Source: Phoronis australis (Eukaryota; Animalia; Phoronida). From it: a DNA stretch of 64,000 nt. The number at the start of each line of letters is the position of its first letter. The first letter of the stretch is position 1. Positions 25,090 to 38,800 of this stretch are shown here, piece after piece. The notes under the pieces were generated by a model. That model did not search any database. It was not told where the DNA came from and saw nothing but the letters and a program-made list of their open reading frames with translations. The stretch covers positions 85,907 to 149,906 of the forward strand of contig NMRA01000711.1 of assembly GCA_002633005.1 (NCBI GenBank), in the 5' to 3' direction. A program made the position numbers and the translations under genes.

Positions 25090-28000
25090 TTATTCTTCCA
25101 CTTGTTCCACAGGTGGAGCTGGTACTTCATCATTCTCTGCAGCTCCCTCTTCAGGTACTTCTTTCTCCTCCACAGCCTCTGTTTCATCTGCCTTTTCACC
25201 ACCCTCTTCCTCCATTTCCTCTATTTTACCAAGTGCTGGCTGTTTCTCTTGATCAGTCTCATCTGCACTTGATGCCATTGTTGAATCATCTGTGTTTGGA
25301 TCTGCAATTCATATTTTGTATTGCTAAAGTTTTACAATCAAAAACAGGTAAAAGGTAACAGCAAAAAAAAAACAACACAAAAATTGCAGTTATTCAGCAT
25401 GAACTAATTAAACTAACTCAAACTTAAATAGTAACTGCTAACTGAAACAAAAAGTCAAAGTAATTTTTCAGGCAAATAAGCTTACGGTGTGCTCTTTGTT
25501 CAAAACTACCTAAAGTGGCAAAATTGAAATGTCTGAATACAGACGATGACGATTCAACCACATTATTGAAATTTTCTGAGACAACTCATATCGGGCACTT
25601 TACACTTAACTATCAACAGTAGCAATGGAAATACACATATTATAATTTTATTATAAAACATGGGAATATTATACATTTGAAAAAATCCACAAAGGTTGCC
25701 AATAACGCTGTCCAAATTATGATAAAGTTGAAATTTCGTTTACCAATATCAGGATTATTATACAAACATGGACAAATCCCATAGGAAAAGTGTGGTTATA
25801 CAGGCCGAGGGAGAGCAGTCGATCGTGCTTGACTCTGAAGGACAAAGTTAACATTGTGCCCGAGGTTCATATAGCCTGAAATGCCTGAGGGATTGCATGA
25901 CCCATATAATTATGTTGATACGACCGCTGGTGTTTCTATCCTCTGACTTCACCATCTGTTTGATATGTGCACTCTGGCCTTGATGTGCTGACATCATCTG
26001 TTTACTAACTTTGCTAACTAGGTCACCTCTGCAGTTTTGTGATACGAATTATATCGTAATTTGTTGTCCGAGTGAATTCAAAAGAGCAATATTACCTCAA
26101 AGCAGAAATTGTACAATGGCTTTGGGCAATCAGTGGACAGAAATATCAGTTGCCGTATGATATAGACCACAAATTCAAAAATCAGAATGATCACTGTGCA
26201 TTCACACATACACTACAGTTACACACACAATGCAGATGTTGGGACCTGCAGGGTCAAAGGGCATGTTGGGACCTGCAGGGTCAAAGGGCATGTTGGGGAT
26301 CAGGGGATGCAAATCCATACTGGAACACATGACAAAGACCAAACCTGTTCATAACTCCAAACCACATGCACCATACAAATCATATAGGAAAGATGGAGAA
26401 GTGCACAAGTGGCAAAGATTTATCTCTCATGTCACATGTCAGGTATTTGATTTACTGCAGTGCATTCATTTCCAAGTAAACGAAGAGAACTTTACAACCA
26501 TGTGATCCGTGCCTGATATACACAAGATTAAGAACCATACATGTATCAATAGAATGAGCAGACACCACCACACGGATTTGTGATATACAAGGGAGACAAC
26601 TCACGAACTTATTAAGGAGGGAACAACAGTGTGCTTAATCTAAAAAAACTTACCCATTTAATCATCTGATGGAACATCTAACATTGAATTAAAACTTAGC
26701 GATTTATGAAATTCAAAGCATCACATTGCAATATAGGCAAAATTCAGTGAATCAATCAAAACTGTTTGTCTGGTGTGAATTTTTAATTACTGAAATAATT
26801 AATGGCGAGTTGTTGCATGCCTGACAATGTGGACCATCCCTGACCTTGACCTTGACCAATGCAGACATGTAATACTTAATCATGTTTTATCACATACCAC
26901 CACTTTTTTCATATAAATTGATTTCCTCCAACAATTAATCAAGGACCCTGATTTTAGAAAAAAATCTGGATAACTGTCAATTTTAGAAGAGTTTGAATGT
27001 CCGTTCTTGATATTGGTTTCTATTCTCAATAGGGGACTAGTCACCAATAGAGTGACTCTATTCACTAGGTCATGTAATTACGAAAATTATTGTTTCTTCA
27101 TGTCTAATCAGAAGGCTTGAAAGTTTCCAGACTCAATAGGAAAACTAACAAAAACGGTAACATCTGAATAGAGAAGTAAAAATTAACTGTGTGGGATCTT
27201 GAATTTTCAAAATTGGTCAAGTAACAGGGATTTTGTCAACAAAAACCCAATCCTCCAGCTATTCATTGGAAAGATGGAGTTCCCAGCATGACTTCCCAGC
27301 TAATAATACGCACCACTAACTCACAATAGAAACTACCCTGAACGAGAATGTAGACAAAACCACAATCACAATGGTGATGGAGTAACTGTGTTTAAAGGCC
27401 ACCAGTTCACCAGAGGATTTTTCATCAAGTCTGTCTTGGTGAAATGACTAATAAAAATGATTTATAAATAACTGTCATAGTTTTATGTCTGATTACTACA
27501 AACCTGAGCTATCCTTTTTGGCCTCCACGTCTTCTGTGCTTTCTTCAGGTATAACGTCTGTGGCAATGATAACAGGTGTGGGTGGCTTCTTAACCCGTGT
27601 TGGGTCTGGATAGATGAAGTCGATTTCATCAAGCAAGTTCTAGAGAAACAGTTTATATGTTGGAAACATGCAATTAAGATCTATTATGAGTTTGTTCTCT
27701 ACAACAGTTCACAAGATGCAGCGATGAAGTGATCAGTGTTGCAACGTACATAAATTTTTAGCATCATAGCAAAAAAACTGACTCTAAACAGTTTGTTTCC
27801 CATCTCAATTCTCCACCATAAACAAAAAGTCACTACATTTTTGTATACAAAAATAGCAAATTCGACTCTTGGAATTGACAATGTCTTACCAAATTAGTCA
27901 GGTGAATTCAGTATACATTATTGTGCCACACAATTACCACTTAAATGATGTTTAACTTGAAATTTAACCCAAATTGCACCACAAAATTGGTCCATTTTAG

Positions 28001-31000
28001 AGTCAAGTCTTGAGTAAAGTTTGGGAATCTCAGGCACAGGATCTCATACATATACAAAAGTGTCCACATAACCAAAAACGTTAATTAGTCACCCCACACT
28101 AATACAGGTTCGGACTCACCTCAACGCAAGATGAGATCTTGGTTTTTGCATCCTCATTCAAGGGCAGGTCACGTACAACAGTCCAATCACCATTCGCAGA
28201 TACTGTGACAGGCACTGAACAAACTGGACCCTCTGGAATGTCGTACCAACCTGACCAAGAGAAAAGACAAGAATATTGCTGTGAACATGCTGGTCATGTT
28301 ACGCAGTCAGTCTTTACTAATTTTGAATCTCAATGCAATAATCTTTGAATAAGAACAAATATCAACTCTTTAACCTTTGTTTTCAACAGACAGTGATTAC
28401 CATTCATAGCTAATTACAGATTCCAAGAATATTGCTCCCCGGCCAGATTAACACAAACAAAAAATTTTTTCAATTGGAAAAGCTTGACAACAACAAACAA
28501 AATAGGAACATTGGTGGTTACCAACAATAAATAGGATAAAATTAATCACCTCACTTGAGAAGGAGACGGGGTGGTTTTGTGGTAAAGTAGAGGAAACCTC
28601 CCTGTCATTCAAGTTTGTCAGAAATAAATTTAAAAACTGAAATTAAATTTAAATTTTAAATTGAAAACTTCCTTCGTCAAGCTTCCTAATGAAGAAAACT
28701 TTACTTTTACTTTCTAGTTGTTTTGCTGTTAGTATTTTGTTGCCAAATTGTAATATTTCCAAGGTAACGTGTCTGGCAGGATGAGTCAGTTTTCACAACT
28801 TGCGTCTCAATACATTGTACCCTTCACATAGCTGCACTACAACAAAATATGGTACTACTTCAAGATGTGTTTGTATGCACTTACAGTAATATAAACATTT
28901 AACAACACATACAGCACATCGTTATATTAGTTTATTTCACTAACCATAAATCTATCGACACAGGACATGTATGAACTGTGTTCTGTAGACCTCAGACATC
29001 CCCGAAGCACATATGGCGAGAAATCTTTGGTTATTGAATGGAAATAGTACATTCTAACCCGTAATTCACTGACCAATCACATTTCAGAAACTGATATGAT
29101 AGAAAAGTGCAGTTTAGAGGCACAACGAGGACAAAGCTATGAGTATTTGGAGGATTGTTGTGTTTTTCACTGACTGATGTCAGAGCAAGACTTCTGAGTT
29201 CAGAAAACGATATCTCCAGGGAGAGTCATGATATCTCCAGGGAGAGTCATGATATCTCCAGGGAGAGTCATGATATCTCCAGGGAGAGTCATGATATCTC
29301 CAGGGAGAGTCATGATATCTCCAGGGGAGTCCACTGATTTTAGATTAAGAAATCGTATCAAGAAATTCCAGATATGATTTTTGAGCATTTTTATCAAAGT
29401 TTGAATGCAGGAAGCTAAATGTATGCATATGGTGAAAGGACTTTAATTGCCATCTCAATGCAACCTGTAAAACAACATTTTTGCCAACAGATGGTCACAT
29501 GACCATATGACTGCCAACAGATGGTCACATGACCATATGACTGCCACATGTGAATGACATAAATATATTTATATTGACTAATAGTTTCAGAAAATACTTT
29601 TATGGATTAACAGATAATAATTACTTAAAAGGATACTAAACCCTATTTTGATGATTTCAACCAACACTCGTTGTATCACCTGCTAATGTATCATTGCCGT
29701 CGTCAATCTTGAAGCAAGAATCAACTAAAAACTCCATACTCCCTATGCCACAGATTGGATATTAAAGTTCTTTCTAGGTGGCTTCTCCTCACAGCTACCG
29801 TGTACTAAAAGCGTAGGTCACGCTTGCCCGTTTAGTAGACTTTGAAAGGAGTTTTCAATTTTATTCCGAAATTTTGAGGGTTATCGAGGGCTACAGAGCA
29901 TTACTTTGATTAGTGGTACACATAACTTTATGGTTCGGGTTTCAGCTCAAAACATGGCTGCATGTGACTTAAAGACAAACTTCACGTCACATGAAATGAA
30001 TAACATCATACCTTGAGACACAAGACCCAATGAGAAAATCTGTCCTTCCTTCGATCCATTGAACCAGTCAGCAAGAGTTGAAACCACAGCTGCTGCGTGC
30101 GACATCACTGGCCTCCTTTTCAAGCTATCAGTCAACATGACTGTGTGTTTCGAAAGTGATTCAAGAAACTCTGTTTCAAACCACTTTGCGTCATGAACGA
30201 GTGAACCAACGGCTCTCGAGTAAAATGGTGGTCCCCAAATTGCACCCTCGCTGTTGTGGATTCTCACATTGTTGTAGTCTGCGTAGAAAACACCAGCAGG
30301 GTTTCCCCATATCACAACATCGACAACGTTGGCAGAGTTAAGTTCACACTTTTTGGCTATTATTCCCTTCACATGGTTCTCCACAAGTCGAGACAAAGCG
30401 ACAACATTTTTAGGAGAAAAGTCCGGGGCGTGCTTCAGCAACATGTAAACATTGAAGTTGACTGGACCTGATCCGGCAACAATCACCTTTGTATCTTTCG
30501 GTGCAACGCGAGCCAAAGTATTACCATACTCACTAAACACATCAAAGTTTCTCTTATAAAATGCCTCCTTCTCTTCTTCCTCCACTAAGTCCACTTCATC
30601 TAAAAGCACAATGGCCTTGCATGCCGCGAACGCGACCAGGGGGTCAGATGTCACACGGACATTTCTCAGAAGTGAACATGCCAGGTCTTCAGCCTCCAGT
30701 CTGACGCCCTCCACTAGTGGCAGGTTGTCTGGCGAGTCAAGCAGGTTCAAGTTGATTTCTGTGTGCGGGCCAAAAACCTCACCCTTGGCAATGCGATATA
30801 TCATGTGGTAACAAACATCGCTGCTGGCATTAGATATGCAGACATTGATCGGGTTGCTAAGCGACTTGAAGTACTGCTCCTCCTCAGCTACCTCAATTGT
30901 TGTCTGCAGATTCTCATCAGCAATTTTCAACATGTCATCGCTGGTTAGCTGTGACTGGAACCCATAGTAACCATCAATGTATTCTAGGAAATCATTGACG

Positions 31001-32646
31001 CCACCTTTGGAAACAAAACAAAAACAATCTTTAAAACCTACATTAACGATTTATTCTCCAGAAGCAAAAAGGAGTCTGAGCTTTGATTTTAGACACACTA
31101 AAAGAATCTGAGCTTTGACTTAAAACACACTAAGGGAGTCTGGGATTTCACTTAAGACACACCAAGGTAGAAGTTTCAACAACTTTATGCACCCAATGGA
31201 TGCACATGCACTGCCCCTTGTATAATTGTTGCAAAAATAGCTAACTAAAGGTGATGAGTATATTTGGCACACATTACCAATAAGGATGCCCTTGCCCCCT
31301 CTGTCCACGAGCTCCCTCCACACAATGGGTGACTTGTCATAGGTCCATCCTCTATCCTCACACAGTTGTTTCAGATACGAGTCCCACTCACACGGCTGCT
31401 TTAGAATTTTGTGGAGCTTGAAATTTGGAAGATTTTTTGCTAAACAGTCTCCCAAAAGTTCTATCTTGGAGAAATATGGGCAGTCCGCTTTGCCTGCAAA
31501 ATAAGAGCTCATTGTGATGACCACAGAATTCAATGATTCGGGACAGTAACTCAGTTTCCCTAACACATTACAAGACTAAAACAAAAAACAAAATTTACTG
31601 ATGAGAGTTAGACCCCAGACAATCTATTTGTTCACATCCATGTTCAGAATCAAACAAATTCTTATGTCTATTTAATCCTGGATTTTTCATCATTTTCCAA
31701 AACTTATATATGACCTGTCCCGGTTTCTGAAGAGTTTCTTCGTGAATCTCTGATGAACAGCAACATTGCCAAAAGTCTACCTCTCAAGTGGTATAAATAT
31801 TATAAACCAATTAAAGACAAGAACCAGGTTTTTTCTTGGTTTGTATCATGTTCAATATAACCATCTTCTGGTTAGTTTCCATTCACGCCAGAAAGAAGGT
31901 TTTGAATACAGATATCAATCTTGTCTATTAAACATTCTCATTGTAGCTTGTCTAGCAACGCACACACGTGCGCGCGAACACACAGGCCATTTATCTACCA
32001 ATTGCTCATGAGATAACTGCCCTGCTTCAAACATTAAGAACCTAGACTCGCTTTCATGATAACACCATGTGTTTCCGCTGGCAATTCTTGTACATATCTA
32101 TCAAGTATCATTTAAAAGACGTGTTTCTACTATTAATGTTAAATGTATTCAGTGGATTGTTCTAAAATGCTCTTGACCCCCATGACCCTTGACCCCCTCA
32201 ACCTAGCCTACACAAGCTCGATCTGAACATAGAACAAGCGCTGACTTGCAGGACCGGTTGAAGTGTCCATGGGTGGAGTAGAAGTTAACTGTGATGCACG
32301 TTCATGGAGGACTATTGGGTTTCCAGAGGGTCCCAATTTCCAACTTGTGGTTGGGTTTCACCCATCGGCTCTAAGAGAAGTTGGGTTAGATCTTAAGAGC
32401 GATAGCGACGTTTCGATGCACTGCAGTCGAATTTCTTGAGTGCCTTGTTAATTTTGTTTCGGGAGTAAGCGAATCCCATGATAGGCCAGGGCCAACCGGT
32501 GTAGTTGTTTGGGTCACCAAGACAATTAGTCATATTAAAACTCAGTAACACGGACATTTTTGAGCGAAATCGCGGTCATGAATGGTTACAGGTACCAGAA
32601 AATGTTGAAACTAGTTATACCAACCCGCAATAACAATCTTCGCCAT
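25090..32646 (-). CDS. MDH1B: Putative malate dehydrogenase 1B (about 569 aa)
   Basis: Exons 32646-32625, 31493-31278, 31004-30012, 28250-28120, 27639-27504 and 25301-25090; all GT-AG and phase-consistent. N-terminus [32 protein letters not shown]...[20 protein letters not shown] matches vertebrate MDH1B as recalled. MDH fold motifs (VVIWGN, FSLGLVSQGWYDIPEG) and an acidic tail follow. Confidence 0.93.
26236..26298. repeat. 27-bp tandem repeat, about 2.3 copies (MDH1B intron)
   Basis: Unit ATGTTGGGACCTGCAGGGTCAAAGGGC. Confidence 0.8.
29209..29331. repeat. 21-bp minisatellite, about 6 copies (MDH1B intron)
   Basis: Unit GATATCTCCAGGGAGAGTCAT. Confidence 0.95.
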
Positions 32647-32889
32647 ATTGTTTCTCAGTTGCCTCGGATGCCAATCTCGAACATAAGAGAATTCTTTTCT
32701 TCAAAGTTCTGGTAATTCAATATAAAATTCATGTTAAAATCCTATTTTTTAAGTAGAATACGATTGATTATGTTCTGTAAAACCATATACATTGATATAA
32801 CAATTTGAAGAGAAAAAGTAACGGATCTTTCCGGGTTTTTCCGAAATTGTTGTTGCTATATCCGTTTCCTGTTCTCATCACATGTGAAA
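32647..32889. promoter_or_regulatory. Bidirectional promoter/5'UTR region shared by MDH1B and NIFK
   Basis: Divergent ATGs at 32646 (-) and 32890 (+), 243 bp apart. X-box-like GTTGCCTCGGATGC at 32658-32671 and ETS-like TTCCGG near 32830. Confidence 0.7.
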
Positions 32890-35800
32890 ATGGCCAAAGA
32901 CAGCTTCGTTCCTGAATGTCTTCCCCTGGACGAGAATCATCAAAAGGAATTTAACCTGAAGCTCAAAAAGATCAAAGCAAAGGTAATTTTCGTTCATTTT
33001 GATACTAAAGCGTGCAGTTACTTTTCAGCGAGTCTCGAAACCTCAGACAAAGCCAGACAGCCACAGGGGTACAGGCCTCCTGGCTCACCAGTAGGGAGGA
33101 CAATCAAAAAGTAGGTCACGGTGCTCCATATCTGCCTCCGTGTAAAACCCACGTCGGTAAATTACCCGATTTCAGACTTCAAAGTTAACTATAAGACAAT
33201 TTTGTGTTATAAATTGTTACCTTAGTCTTTATTTGTAAGTTTGTAATCTTTTTGTATCAAAATAGCGCTGATAAATCATTTTCTGTAAGCTTTTTTTAGC
33301 GCACGATTTTCNTGCTGGGCCCATAACCTGTTGATGTGCTAGCAGTGAAAGGCATTCTGTTCGGTTAGGAACGTTGAATGCGCGACACAGTGCGATAACG
33401 CGGTCCAAGGATAATGCTAGTCTGAAGGAGGATAATAGTTTTATTACATACTCTTCTGCTGATACTACTGAGTCTGTTACAATCCATGCGATCATACACT
33501 TATAGTGACATACATGAATCATAACAGGATATACTGAACAAACATGTTTACTACAATTCCTCATGTTGGGGGTGTATTACGTAATACTTAATTCTCTGAA
33601 CTACTCCTACCCATGCACTCACTCGGATATGAGATCATACTCTAACATATATAATACTGCAAGGTATGACACTCCCGACTAGAAATTCCACAGGTGCTTC
33701 ACTTCAGCCGTCCATACCAAATATAAAACTCAATAAATTTTCACAAAACATAGGTTCAACAAACCGTGAAGAATTGTTCTTTCTCCCAATACCATTCACG
33801 ATGTCCTGTTCCGGCGACTTCGTAAGAAATTCGCAGTCAAAGAGCAAAAATGTTCACAAAAAAACCCACACACGTCCACCCTGGGCCGCTTGAGGTCAAG
33901 GACGGTACGGAAATTGTCGGTTTGTCGCGTAAAGTCACGATGTCGGTACTTCCGTAACTCACTTGCAATTTCCGTTGAACAAGTGATTTTTAAAAAAGAG
34001 AGCAACTTATTACCTTCAAAATGACAAAACACTTTAAGAATTATTATGGTTTAGTGAACATGTTCTTTTACTCCAAAAGATTTTGAAATGATTCTAAAAT
34101 ATGAAATTTGCATAACAAATGAATTCAAAATGAGCAAAAACCAGAAAACTAGTCTTTTTCAGAGTATTTCATTATTTACTTAAAAACCTGTGAGGTTATG
34201 CAAATTAATCTTTTTTTCCCAAGTAAGATCAATGTTTTCACAATCTTAAGTTGCACATCATATGACAAAAAATGATAATATGCATTTTTAATTAAACAAA
34301 ATTAAATTGGACCCTAAAATTTCAACGAATTTTAAATCAATTTCATTCCTATCAAATTATATAGAAACTGAGAGGTGTTGTGTTGGTTACTATCCAAAAA
34401 GAGCATATTTGTATTCTAAAATGTTTTGATGCACTGCAGCGTTGACTAGACATTTATTTTGGTGAAATATGTAATTTTCTAAAAATGAAACTGATCACAG
34501 CGCCCCCACAAGGTAGTAAAAGTGTAACAAAAACTATTTTTGAAGAAAATAGGAAAAAATGTCTATCCCCAAAATTGAAGTAAATTAAATTTCAAAAGTA
34601 TTCTTTATTATTTTAATGAAAATGTTTTACCACAGGGCTCGACGCTATTCAAATTGCCAGGTCGCATTTTGCGACCTAGCCAAAATCCCAGGTCGCATTT
34701 TCAAAATCCAGCTCGCATTCATAAATGCCAGGTCGCAAAAATTTCCCGCCATTTTTACGCTCCAAAATTGATTTTTGAGATCACCGAGAAAATGTTTAGA
34801 TTATGCTCTTACCTGCAGTGTTAAATACTGACAAATTTCAGATCGTAAAACTGAGTTCGTTCATGCAGGTACGGTATTACTGTTCTTCACGATCGCCATT
34901 GAAAGGCCCTAAAGCGCAAGGCAAGTTGCCGAAGTGAAAGTTGAATCAGTGCTCCTTAACTGACACGCAACCCAAATTTTGCAACTTAACTCGACGTTTG
35001 AAAAACATCTGACAAAAAAAACGTGAAACGTTGCCCTAACAGAATGACGTATTTGGGTGCGCGGGAACGATTCATTGCAAATTCCATAACAAAAATGTGG
35101 TACTTATGCTGTATACGTACTCAGCAATTCGTTTTCTATGAAATGAATAGCCTCGAAATAATTCCCGACTGAGTGCGGGATTCCATCGCGTAATTCGAGT
35201 TTGCTCCTCAATACCTTCCAAGTACGGGGAAAACATGTCAGTCACGAAACCACACGCATGTCACTAGTGTTAAGTTTCTTTCGCAGGTATGAAACAAAGC
35301 CGGGATTTGGTTTTTACATATTGAGAAAAGATGTTTTTGAAAACTCAATTTGTTGTGTAAAATGAGAGTGACACACTATATAGGCTGCGTGTCAATTTTA
35401 AACCACATGCAGTCGTTTGTATAGAGCGCTATGATGGGCGCTAGCCTGAACCGTGGGCGCTTAATGGGAAACTCTCAAAGGTTGAAGGGGAACGCTTAGT
35501 AAATCAGTGACCGCTCATTACAAAACACTTCAAAGGTAGGGAGTAGGCTTGTGCGTGAGCATTGTCATTAACCTGAGTGTTTGCGTTAATAAGATATTAA
35601 ACAATTGCAATGGTAAGAAACGATATAATAATAGGATTTTGCGAGACAAACTCCATCGAGCATAGGGGAGACTTTCTGGATATCGTTACCATCTACACTG
35701 TACCCTTTTTAGCCACCCGGAATAATTTTGTTTTTAATTGCCCGCTTCAGCCGGAACAAGATTGTTTCTATTGGAGTCTGAACATTTTACGGCGACGGTG

Positions 35801-38800
35801 GTCCGGGGAGCAAAAACTTGCCAGGGGGGTGTATGAAGAGAAGAATAAAAAATTTGCTGACCACAATTTCACATCTAGTACCCGTTTAGTTGCAACAGCT
35901 GGCTATGGGCATAGAGTATAGGGTTTAGGGAACATCAACCTCGGGAAACATCGTCACAGGAAATATCAGTTCTGGGTTATATCGGTCCCGGGGAATATCG
36001 TAAAGCATCGGATCTTTTATAACCGCCCGGAATCTATGAGTTAATTTTCAAATAAACCACTGGTACGTACCCGGGTGCTTAACAGAGCCAAGCTGGTATA
36101 CTCTTTCATTTTAGGACTGTAGTTGTTCTTTTTTGATTTGCAGCTTTGATGTGGTGCGCACGCGTGAGTCCCCCCACTTGAATCGCAGGAGCAGGCCTAC
36201 ACTTTACATGCGCGCACCCAGCCTAAAATATAGAGGGGCCCGAGTTCTTCCAAATGCGGACCTGTTACTGAAAAAATCAACAAGGACTAAAAAACGGGGC
36301 CTGCCAATCGTGCATCCGCGCCGAATTCCTGTGGACTTTGTGGATTTTTGTCTCATTTACTCGCGGGACTTTTTGTTTCACTGAGGCGAACCTTTTTGCC
36401 CAATTCGAGCCCCCCAATCCCCCCTGGGTGCGCCCATTATTTACGCTGGAAGCAACGTGTGAAAGTTAAATCATATTTCGCACACGTAGCCCCAGAAACA
36501 AGTAAAGGGGTTAAATAATTTCTTGGTAACTGAAAGTAAAGACGTGGCAGTCGTTTGGCGATTAATAGGGTTGTCATTTTCACTTTGGCTGTCATATGCA
36601 ATAAAAAACGAGACGCACATCTGTAAGTCACGATTGTCTGCTGGGACCGCTTGCGCGCTAACAACGGGACCGATCAGTGCCGCAGTGCCGGCAGTATCAG
36701 GGATGTTGTCGTGGATATTTGGTACATGTAATAAGGACATCTTAAGCAAAAAACTAAACATATTTGTCCACCACAAAGTTTGATAAGTTGATCGCTTAAG
36801 AATTAGAAGAAACACCGCCGTTTTGTGACATTTTATCATGTGTTATGCAGTGGCCCAAAACTTTCCGGCCCGAATCCGGAAACTTGCAAAAGTGGTCGAA
36901 AGTGTTAGCCAATGAAACGCGTCAAAGATCGATTCTGCATATCCCATGTTCACGCGACTTGCTTACATGAACAAGTCATCGGGAGGGCTGTTCTCGGTTG
37001 GCGTTCTTTTGATCTTGGATTTGGCAACAACCTATTAAATAACGGTCGGATTAACAAGAGTTGCTTTACATTTGCCAGGTTTCTGCCGAGAAGCGTAAAA
37101 ACTCAGCTCGCATACATTGGAAATTCCAGGTCGCATTTAGCGACTTGATACGAACTGACAAAAATCTCAGCTCGCATTTCCAAATTTCAGGTCGCAAATG
37201 CGACCTGCAGCTCGTTATGTCGAGCCGTGTACCAGGTTTGGGCCACTTTTTGTAATTTAGAGAAGTTTTGACTGGTTCTGTTGAATACATTCGACCAATC
37301 AGGTTCGAGTTTAGTTTGAACCCTGGAAAGGTCAACATGGTTCTTGAAAAATGACTGAAGTTACCTTTTTAGAAGTGTTCTTAAATGGAAATGGTGAGAT
37401 AAAGTGAATAAGTGATTATGACATTGAGTGTACACTTTCAGGATTTTTCCAGGTGAGAAAGTGGCAAGGCAGTAAATTAAAAAAATACATTTTCTCATAT
37501 TTTTGTCAAGAAAATAAAAAGTGTACACTCAGGATTGAAAGCAGAATTTTGTAGCAAACAGTTTGATATAAATATCATTAAAATCGATTCAGTAACGTCC
37601 ATTTAACAGCTGAAAGTTTGACCCCTACTGAAAGTCACAAGAATTTACCGGTGAGTGAAAAATTTGTGAAGTGCTCGCTTTACTTCAATTTTTAAAAATA
37701 CTCATTAATGCCCAAATTTTTTGTAATGGATATCAATATAAAGAAGAAAAAATGAATATTTTACTGGCTTACTTTTCATTTTCCACCACTTAGTATGCTA
37801 ATAGATATGAGCTTGTGCAAATCATGAAAAATGGGAAAATTTCGCTCTTGCTGAATTTCCGCCATATTGGTTTGCTCACCATACCCACGCGTCCTCAGCT
37901 TCTGATCGTCCACAATACACTATATAATACTACAAGGCATGACACTCTCGACTAGGAATTCCACGGGTGCTTCACTTCAGCAGTCCATAGCAAACACAAA
38001 ACGGCATTTTTTTCACTCAGGTTGCAAATTCAGATTTTTTATGTTATGCGATCATATTGACTTGACAGAATTTCTTCACCTCTGGCTCTGTCAGGTATTT
38101 GTATGATGATCTTGTATTAGCACCGGTGCTTATGACATTTACGCATTTTAAAGTACGAAAAAATGTTAAGTATGGCCACATTAATCCTTGATATAGCTGA
38201 AAATAGCCAGAAATCCATCGTTATTTTGTTTCACTGAAAACATTGCATGTTTTTAATACACGTGACATTTAATTAAATCACACATTTAATTGAAATTTAA
38301 TATTTTTTCATGATTTTAACATGCATTTCTTGTTTTTCTTCAGGTGATTGATGGGATCTGAAATGTCAAACACAATTTTCAGGCACACTTGCAAAATGAT
38401 ATGCAAAAACACTAAATTTGTATGCGTTCCTTCTCTTACAGCCGTGGCTGAAAAAGAAAAGCATTACCAGTACTAGTGTTTTGAGCTGTTTTTCATGGTT
38501 GATGGTATATAGAATTTGATTTAGAAACCAAATATTTGTACCAGATGTCCTGGCGATTGGATTCCTCAACCGAATAATATCACCGTCACCTAAAAAAATG
38601 TGTATTCTCCGTAGCCCTGTAAAAGCAGTCGTGGAAAACACTGCACACACCCACACATATAGTGTATTGGGGACGATCAGAAACTGAGGACACCTGTGGA
38701 CAGTCACACCAGTTTTTGGGAATTTTGGAATATATTTTCGAATAACATGATAGCATTATTAGCACCAGCCTACTCTCAAGAATGTGTTGTGTAAGATAGA

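Noticed and set aside
26230-26505. Collagen-like ORF (GPAGSKGML)
   Set aside because: Translation of a 27-bp intronic repeat antisense to MDH1B; too short and lacks splice support.
29155-29397. Repetitive ORFs (DISRESH / DIMTLPG)
   Set aside because: By-product of a 21-bp intronic minisatellite.
34631-37229. Transib/ProtoRAG interpretation (CAC...GTG ends, 5-bp TSD)
   Set aside because: The TIRs align from CAGGGCTCGAC at 34633, there is no RSS-like heptamer/nonamer, and the subterminal repeats are hAT-like.
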